The notes under the pieces: generated by a model | Database searches by the model: none | Told to the model about the DNA's origin: nothing | What the model saw: only the letters and a program-made list of their open reading frames with translations | In this document: in pieces, positions 58,207-64,000 of the stretch | Layout: each line of letters begins with the position of its first letter | Position numbering within the stretch: position 1 is the first letter of the stretch | Program-made: the position numbers and the translations under genes | Origin: an uncultured Erythrobacter sp. | GTDB lineage: Bacteria > Pseudomonadota > Alphaproteobacteria > Sphingomonadales > Sphingomonadaceae | Length of the DNA: 64,000 bases | Reading direction: 5' to 3' | Assembly: GCA_947498065.1 (NCBI GenBank) | Contig: CANMIS010000003.1 | Coordinates: 336,739-400,738, forward strand

Positions 58207-60187
58207 TCGCCTCGCGGTCGACCTCTCCGGCGCGGTTCTGGATAAAGTTGAAGCGGTGCTCTGGATTGCGGCCCATAAGCTGATCGACGACTTCCTTCAC
58301 CGCAGCGCGGTCTTCAAACTCTTGCGGCAATGTGATGCGGATCAGGCTACGGGAGTCTGGATCCATAGTGGTTTCGCGAAGCTGCTGCGGGTTCATCTCA
58401 CCAAGGCCCTTAAACCGGCCAACTTCGACCTTTTTGCCCTTGAAAACCGTCTCTTCGAGCTGCGCGCGGTGTGCATCATCATTGGCGTAACGGCTCTCTT
58501 TGCCAGCGGTCAGCTTATAAAGCGGCGGCTTGGCCAGGAACAGGTGACCCTTTTTGACGATGTCCGACATCTCTTGGAAGAAGAACGTCATCAGCAGGGT
58601 CGCGATGTGTGCGCCATCGACGTCCGCATCGGTCATTATGATCACGCGGTCATAGCGAAGGTTTTCCGCATCGCAGTCTTTGCGGGTGCCGCATCCCAGC
58701 GCGAGTGAGAGGTCGGCGATTTCCTGATTGGCGCGGATTTTGTCGGCGGTTGCCGAGGCCACATTCAAGATCTTACCGCGGATCGGCAGGATCGCCTGCG
58801 TCTTGCGGTTGCGCGCTTGCTTAGCGCTGCCACCAGCCGAATCGCCCTCGACGATAAACAGCTCAGTTTCCTTGTCCCCTTCGCCGGAACAATCGGTGAG
58901 CTTGCCAGGTAGGCGCAGCTTCTTTGCGTTGGTCGCAGTCTTGCGCTTGATCTCGCGCTCTTGCTTGCGGCGCAGGCGCTCATCCATGCGCTCCATGACC
59001 TCGCCGAGCAGGGCCTTGCCCCGGTCCATATTGTCGGTGAGGAAATGGTCGAAGTGATCGCGCACCGCGTTTTCGACAAGGCGCGCCGCCTCTGGTGAGG
59101 TCAGGCGATCCTTTGTTTGCGACTGAAACGACGGGTCGCGGATAAAGACGCTGAGCATCACCTCGCCGCCAGTCATCACGTCATCGGCGCTGATGTCTTT
59201 GGCCTTCTTCGTGCCGGTGAGCTCACCAAAGGCGCGCAGGCCCTTGGTCAGAGCAGCCCGGAGGCCTTGTTCGTGCGTTCCGCCATCGGGGGTAGGCACG
59301 GTGTTACAATACCAGCTGGTCGATCCGTCGGAATAGAGCGGCCATGCGATGGCCCATTCGACCCGTCCTTGCGAGGTGCCGCTGTCATCCTCGGGAAAGT
59401 CCTGGTTTCCGGTGAAGGCCTGCGCGGTCACGCATTCGCGCGCGCCGACTTGCTCTGCAAGGTGATCAGCGAGGCCGCCGGGGAATTTGAACGTCGCCTC
59501 TTCGGGCACGTCCTCAGAGGCGAGGCTGGGCGCGCATTTCCAGCGGATTTCCACGCCGGCAAACAGATAGGCTTTGGAGCGAGCGAGCTTGAACAGCCGG
59601 TGCGGCTTAAACTTGCGGTCGCCAAATATCTCTTCATCCGGCGTGAAGCTCACCTGAGTTCCGCGCCGATTGGGCGTTGCGCCAAGGTTTTCAATCTTAC
59701 CGAGCGTTTGCCCTTTGGAGAATTCTTGCGCGAACAATTGCTTGTCCCGCGCAACCTCAACGCGGGTATGTGATGACAGCGCGTTGACAACGCTCACGCC
59801 AACTCCGTGCAGACCGCCGCTGGTGGCATAGGCCTTGCCAGAGAACTTGCCGCCAGAGTGAAGCGTGGACAGGATCACCTCAAGCGTGGATTTGCCCGGA
59901 AACTTCGGATGCTCATCAACCGGAATGCCCCTGCCATTATCGCCAATGGTCAGGCGATTGCCTTCCTCCAGACGCACTTCGATCCGGTTGGCATGGCCTG
60001 CAACGGCTTCGTCCATCGAGTTGTCGAGCACTTCGGCGGCAAGGTGATGCAGCGCGCGGTCATCCGTGCCGCCAATGTACATCCCAGGCCGGCGGCGCAC
60101 CGGCTCCAGCCCTTCGAGCACCTCAATCGATGAGGAATCGTAATCACCGCTCGATGACGGAGTACCTTCAAACAGATCATCAGACAT
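58196..60187 (-). CDS. parE: DNA topoisomerase IV subunit B
   Basis: GHKL motifs (VLDNSMDEA, DNGRGIP, GGLHGVG), Toprim EGDSAGG and IMTDADVDGAHI. At 663 aa it lacks the GyrB insertion, so ParE is favoured over GyrB. Confidence 0.9.
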   Translation of the reverse strand: MSDDLFEGTPSSSGDYDSSSIEVLEGLEPVRRRPGMYIGGTDDRALHHLAAEVLDNSMDEAVAGHANRIEVRLEEGNRLTIGDNGRGIPVDEHPKFPGKSTLEVILSTLHSGGKFSGKAYATSGGLHGVGVSVVNALSSHTRVEVARDKQLFAQEFSKGQTLGKIENLGATPNRRGTQVSFTPDEEIFGDRKFKPHRLFKLARSKAYLFAGVEIRWKCAPSLASEDVPEEATFKFPGGLADHLAEQVGARECVTAQAFTGNQDFPEDDSGTSQGRVEWAIAWPLYSDGSTSWYCNTVPTPDGGTHEQGLRAALTKGLRAFGELTGTKKAKDISADDVMTGGEVMLSVFIRDPSFQSQTKDRLTSPEAARLVENAVRDHFDHFLTDNMDRGKALLGEVMERMDERLRRKQEREIKRKTATNAKKLRLPGKLTDCSGEGDKETELFIVEGDSAGGSAKQARNRKTQAILPIRGKILNVASATADKIRANQEIADLSLALGCGTRKDCDAENLRYDRVIIMTDADVDGAHIATLLMTFFFQEMSDIVKKGHLFLAKPPLYKLTAGKESRYANDDAHRAQLEETVFKGKKVEVGRFKGLGEMNPQQLRETTMDPDSRSLIRITLPQEFEDRAAVKEVVDQLMGRNPEHRFNFIQNRAGEVDREAIDA

Positions 60188-60245
60188 GCGTAAGGCTATA
60201 GGCCCGGCAGAGAGCCGCTAACAAGCAGGTAGCTCTACGTTTTGC

Positions 60246-61409
60246 TCAGTCCTCGAAGCGTTTGGGGGCCTCATCGACGATTACGACGCTGTTGCCGCGC
60301 ACTTCGCGCACTTCCATTGAGCGTTCCACCACGCCGTTGCGTTGGAAGCGGAATGGACCATCCAGCCCAAGGAAACCGCCGCGATCCCGCAACTGCCTCT
60401 GTGGGAACTGGCTGCCAACGCGCCAATCGCGCGCCACTCTGAGAGTGAGCAGGACAGCGTCATAGCCCAAGGTTGAAATCCGGTAGGGCTGCGAGCCAAA
60501 GCGGCCCTCATAGCTTTCGGTAAAGCGCTTATACCGTCCATCAGACACGGCAGAGAACAATGCCCCTCGCATTGCGCTGGAGCGGGTGAGGGCGGTTTCG
60601 CCGCTCCACAGCTCCGTGCCGAGGATGCGGGAGTTTACGCCGTTCTCTTTCTTAAGCTCGCCAGCAGCCTGAACCGAGAGCCGCGCGCCTTCGCCAAGCA
60701 GCACTGTGTCATAGCCGCCAGCATCGCGCAGCCGCTGGGCTGCACTGACGATAGAGGTGTTTCCGCGAGAGTAGCGCTGAGTTGTGGTCAGCGATCCGCC
60801 AAATTCACGCAAGGCATTGCTGAGCGCGCCCAAAGAGCGATCACCGTAATCACTGTTGGACAGAAGAGCGGCAAAGCGCGTTGCACCTTGATTGCGGGCA
60901 TAACGGACACTGCGGCGGATTGATTGCTCTGGAATATGCCCCATCACGAATACATCGGGGCTCGCAACGCTGGTGTCGTTCGAGAATGAGATGGTCGTCA
61001 CACCCGCTGGGCGCGCCTGAGCTTGAACCGCAGACACGTTTTCTGACATCAATGGGCCGAGTATCAGGCGGTTGCCGTCGGCGATCGCTCGGCGAGCGGC
61101 CGCGCCTGCCCCTTGCGAGGTGTCATAGGTCGTGATGCGCAGATTATTCGCATTGGTATCGAGCAGAGCCATGGTGGTGGCATTTGCCAGCGATTGCCCA
61201 ACAGCGCCCGTGCTGCCCGACATCGGGACGAGCAGAGCAATCCGGTGACGGGTTGCATCGGTAGGCAGAGCTGTCGCGCTAGGCTCCGTCGATGGGCCCG
61301 GATCCGTGGTGGTGGTTGGACCCGTCTTGGGGATCACCTGACACCCGCCGAGCACAGCGGCAGCGCCCGCAATCACGAGAGTGCGCCGATTAAACCAATT
61401 ACGCTTCAT
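60246..61409 (-). CDS. Periplasmic-binding-protein-fold lipoprotein (penicillin-binding protein activator LpoA-like)
   Basis: Lipobox VLGGCQ after MKRNWFNRRTLVIAGAAA, followed by a type-1 PBP fold. Divergent from rsmI, an arrangement I recall being conserved in proteobacteria. Confidence 0.7.
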   Translation of the reverse strand: MKRNWFNRRTLVIAGAAAVLGGCQVIPKTGPTTTTDPGPSTEPSATALPTDATRHRIALLVPMSGSTGAVGQSLANATTMALLDTNANNLRITTYDTSQGAGAAARRAIADGNRLILGPLMSENVSAVQAQARPAGVTTISFSNDTSVASPDVFVMGHIPEQSIRRSVRYARNQGATRFAALLSNSDYGDRSLGALSNALREFGGSLTTTQRYSRGNTSIVSAAQRLRDAGGYDTVLLGEGARLSVQAAGELKKENGVNSRILGTELWSGETALTRSSAMRGALFSAVSDGRYKRFTESYEGRFGSQPYRISTLGYDAVLLTLRVARDWRVGSQFPQRQLRDRGGFLGLDGPFRFQRNGVVERSMEVREVRGNSVVIVDEAPKRFED

Positions 61410-61446
61410 ACTTGCCGACCCCTGTTGGCTGTTCCAAAGAGCTTGG

Positions 61447-62304
61447 GTGACTGACCCGCACTCTTCATCGCCTGTATCCAAATCACTTGAGCAGGGCCTC
61501 TACATTGTAGCAACTCCGATTGGCAATCTCGGCGATATAACGCTCCGTGCTGTCGACATTTTGCAACGCTGCGATGTGATCGCCTGCGAAGATACGAGGG
61601 TCACTGGCAAATTGCTGTCGCATCTCGGCATTTCAAAGCGGATGCGGCGCTATGATGATCATAGCGAGGAGGGGGCCAGGCGAGAGCTTATTGATGCGGC
61701 GCGAGCTGGCTCAGTGGCGCTGGTGAGCGATGCGGGCACGCCGCTGGTTTCTGACCCCGGGTTTCGGTTGGTGCGGGATGCAAGGGAGGCGGGTGTAGCG
61801 GTTACTACGCTGCCCGGTGCTTGCGCGGCCATTGCAGGGCTGACGCTGGCAGGTCTTCCCAATGACCGCTTCCTGTTCGCAGGGTTTCTACCCGTGAAGC
61901 AAAAGGCGCGCGGGGAAGTGCTGCAAGAGCTCGGCGCGGTGAACACGACGCTGATCTTCTATGAAACCGGGCCGCGGCTGGTCAAAAGCCTTGATGCCAT
62001 CGCCGCAGACATGCCTGATCGGCGGGTCGCCGTCGCACGGGAGCTGACCAAGCTGCATGAGGAATGCAGGGTGGGGAGCGCTTCAGAGCTTGTGGCTCAT
62101 TACACTGACCATCCGCCCAAGGGGGAGCTCGTACTCCTCATCGGCCCTCCATCAGATGATGCGCCAGTCGGCGATCCGGATGAGCTGCTGAGAGAGGCTC
62201 TTGAAACGATGAGCCCCAGCAAGGCGGCGGGACAAGTGGCCAAGGCCAGCGGGCTGGATCGCAAGTCGCTTTATTCCCGCGCGGTGGAGCTAAAGGCGCA
62301 ATGA
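61447..62304 (+). CDS. rsmI: 16S rRNA (cytidine1402-2'-O)-methyltransferase
   Basis: GLYIVATPIGNLGDITLRAV...CEDTR...SDAGTPLVSDPG. In-frame GTG 61447 is the likeliest start (track start 61381). Confidence 0.92.
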   Translation: MTDPHSSSPVSKSLEQGLYIVATPIGNLGDITLRAVDILQRCDVIACEDTRVTGKLLSHLGISKRMRRYDDHSEEGARRELIDAARAGSVALVSDAGTPLVSDPGFRLVRDAREAGVAVTTLPGACAAIAGLTLAGLPNDRFLFAGFLPVKQKARGEVLQELGAVNTTLIFYETGPRLVKSLDAIAADMPDRRVAVARELTKLHEECRVGSASELVAHYTDHPPKGELVLLIGPPSDDAPVGDPDELLREALETMSPSKAAGQVAKASGLDRKSLYSRAVELKAQ

Positions 62305-62651
62305 AGCGTCAGATCGCGGAAAAGAGCGGCCGCGATGGCGAACTTAGGGCGGCCATGTGGTTGCGCCTGAAGGGCTGGCAGGTCCTTGCTCAAAGAGTGA
62401 AGACGCCGCGCGGCGAGATTGACCTCATCGCTCGTAAGGGTGCGCTTGTCACCTTTACGGAGGTGAAATGGCGCAAGAAGAAGGCTGATCTCGACTACGC
62501 GATTGATGAAAGACGCCTAACCCGCGTTGCCGCCGCCGCCGAATGCGTCGCCCATGAATACCTGCGCGAGGGCGATGATATGCGAATTGACGTTATCCTC
62601 CTTGCACCGGGCAGCATGCCTCGCCACATCACCAACGCTTGGATGCCTTAG
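62301..62651 (+). CDS. yraN: YraN family (UPF0102) endonuclease-like protein
   Basis: GELRAAMWLRLKGWQVLAQRVKTPRGEIDLIARKGALVTFTEVKWR. ATGA overlap with rsmI. Confidence 0.9.
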   Translation: MKRQIAEKSGRDGELRAAMWLRLKGWQVLAQRVKTPRGEIDLIARKGALVTFTEVKWRKKKADLDYAIDERRLTRVAAAAECVAHEYLREGDDMRIDVILLAPGSMPRHITNAWMP

Positions 62652-62679
62652 ACTGGCACCAGCCTTGAAAGGATTATTG

Positions 62680-63642
62680 ATGAGTCTTCGCATCGCGGTT
62701 CAGATGGACCCTATTGAAAACATCAGCATTAAGGGCGATTCCAGCTTTGCGCTGATGCTGGCTGCGCAAGAACGCGGGCACTCCATCTATGAGTATCATG
62801 TCGAGAGCCTCACGCTGGATGCGGACGACCGTCTGTTTGCCGAATGTGCGCCGGTCACGGTGCAGCGGGTTGAGGGCGATCACTTTACCAAAGGCGCAGC
62901 GGAGCGGCTGGATCTGGGCAAGGACATCGACGTAATCCTGATGCGGCAGGACCCGCCGTTTCACATGGGCTATATCACCGCGACCCACTTGCTGGAGCGG
63001 ATTGGCAAAGAGACCCTCGTGGTCAACGACCCTGCGAATGTTCGCAATTCACCTGAAAAGGTGATGGTGCTCGATTACCGCCGGTTTATGCCGCCGACCC
63101 TGATCACGCGCTCCCCGGACGAGGTGAAGCGCTTTATGGCCGAGCATGGGGCTGTGGTGGTGAAGCCCATCCACGGCAATGGCGGCAAAGCGATCTTCCG
63201 CGTGCCAGCTGATGGCGACAACCTCACCGCTCTGTTTGAGGTCTTCAACCAGACCTGGCCAGAGCCGCATATGGTTCAGCCGTTCCTTCCTGAAGTGGCG
63301 GAAGGCGACAAGCGTATCGTACTGGTCGATGGCGAAGTTGCGGGTGCAATCAACCGGATACCGGGCGAGGGCGAGTTTCGTTCTAACCTCGCCATGGGCG
63401 GCAGCGCAGAGAAAGCCGGCCTGACCGAGCGCGAGCAAGAGATCTGCGATGCGATGGGGCCAGAGCTTAAGCGGCTGGGCCTGACATTTGTCGGAATCGA
63501 TGTGATCGGCGGCAAATGGCTGACGGAGATCAACGTGACCTCACCAACGGGGATCGTCGCGATCGATGCATTCAACGGCACCGATACGGCTGGCATGATT
63601 TGGGACGCGATTGAAGGGCGGCATGCTAGTTTGGCGGATTGA
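62680..63642 (+). CDS. gshB: Glutathione synthetase
   Basis: MSLRIAVQMDPIENISIKGDSSFALML...VVKPIHGNGGKAIF...EINVTSPTG (ATP-grasp). AAAGGA RBS lies upstream of ATG 62680. Confidence 0.95.
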   Translation: MSLRIAVQMDPIENISIKGDSSFALMLAAQERGHSIYEYHVESLTLDADDRLFAECAPVTVQRVEGDHFTKGAAERLDLGKDIDVILMRQDPPFHMGYITATHLLERIGKETLVVNDPANVRNSPEKVMVLDYRRFMPPTLITRSPDEVKRFMAEHGAVVVKPIHGNGGKAIFRVPADGDNLTALFEVFNQTWPEPHMVQPFLPEVAEGDKRIVLVDGEVAGAINRIPGEGEFRSNLAMGGSAEKAGLTEREQEICDAMGPELKRLGLTFVGIDVIGGKWLTEINVTSPTGIVAIDAFNGTDTAGMIWDAIEGRHASLAD

Positions 63643-63667
63643 CCGTTGAGAAGAGAGTTGCAGACAT

Positions 63668-64000
63668 ATGGCCGCTAGCTACCTCACGACGCCCTTTCAG
63701 AAGGAAGTATTATCCACAATCGCGGCTCTCGATCCAGACGCCGATGATTACTACACTCGGCCGCTGTTCTTGGTCGATGCACGACCAGACGTCGAAGCAT
63801 TCAAACGGACAATCAGCCCCGCGCTTCGCTCTATTACGATCAGAAAGTGGGAGCTTGGAAAAATCAGTTATGTCAGTGAAGCGGGGCTTCCAATACGAAA
63901 CTTCGTATTGGAACTACTTCGATCAAAAGCTGCTCAACTGGATCGGGATACGAAGAAACAAGTGGCTGAGGTGCTGAGCGACTGGCAAAGGGGCCGTTCC
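63668..64000 (+). CDS. Hypothetical protein, partial (continues beyond the right window edge)
   Basis: 111 consecutive sense codons from ATG 63668 to the window end (MAASYLTTPFQKEVLSTIAALDPDADDYYTRPLFLVDARPDVEAFKRTISPALRS...). Not in the track because it has no in-window stop. GC is visibly lower than in the flanking genes. Confidence 0.45.
   Translation, partial: MAASYLTTPFQKEVLSTIAALDPDADDYYTRPLFLVDARPDVEAFKRTISPALRSITIRKWELGKISYVSEAGLPIRNFVLELLRSKAAQLDRDTKKQVAEVLSDWQRGRS

Noticed and set aside
63639-63977. Listed 112-aa ORF directly after gshB.
   Set aside because: Its composition is non-protein-like (MTVEKRVADIWPLATSRRPFRRKYYPQSRLSIQTP...). An alternative frame from 63668 is open to the window edge and reads more like a real protein.

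Overview
The window reads as GC-rich (about 60 % by eye, not computed), densely coding chromosome from an alphaproteobacterium. Gene content and order look Sphingomonadales/Erythrobacteraceae-like, which is an inference. I support about 62 protein genes, one tRNA-Lys(CTT), three to five terminator-like hairpins and a few candidate operator sites. I found no rRNA, CRISPR array, transposase, integrase or prophage genes. The housekeeping backbone is clear: mreB-mreC-mreD-mrdA-rodA, mutL, ychF, pth, rplY, glyQ-glyS, ppdK, hisI, cysK, tyrS, parE, rsmI-yraN and gshB. Several accessory or poorly understood modules sit between these blocks. (1) At 795-6319, a tightly packed operon whose six products all carry export or membrane signals: a Tat-lipoprotein flavin amine oxidase, a CpcT/CpeT-fold protein, cytochrome c, an FGE/SUMF1-like protein, a polytopic membrane protein and a secreted protein. 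(2) A vanadium-haloperoxidase-like gene lying 10 nt upstream of a 7TMR-DISM diguanylate cyclase. (3) A LuxR solo that keeps all canonical AHL-pocket residues, next to tRNA-Lys. (4) A small XRE regulator module with an unlisted 39-codon membrane-peptide ORF and 21-bp-phased TGAC(N3-5)GTCA operator-like repeats. (5) A 378-bp gene-free gap between comF and hisI that contains a terminator oriented for a minus-strand transcript with no gene to terminate, which suggests an unannotated RNA. (6) A MoxR/VWA pair split by a soluble chemoreceptor-like protein whose signalling domain precedes its sensor-like domain. I cannot prove that any of these is a new system. Items 1, 2 and 5 are my best candidates. 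Start codons were chosen by RBS and homolog-length reasoning and are less certain than stop codons.
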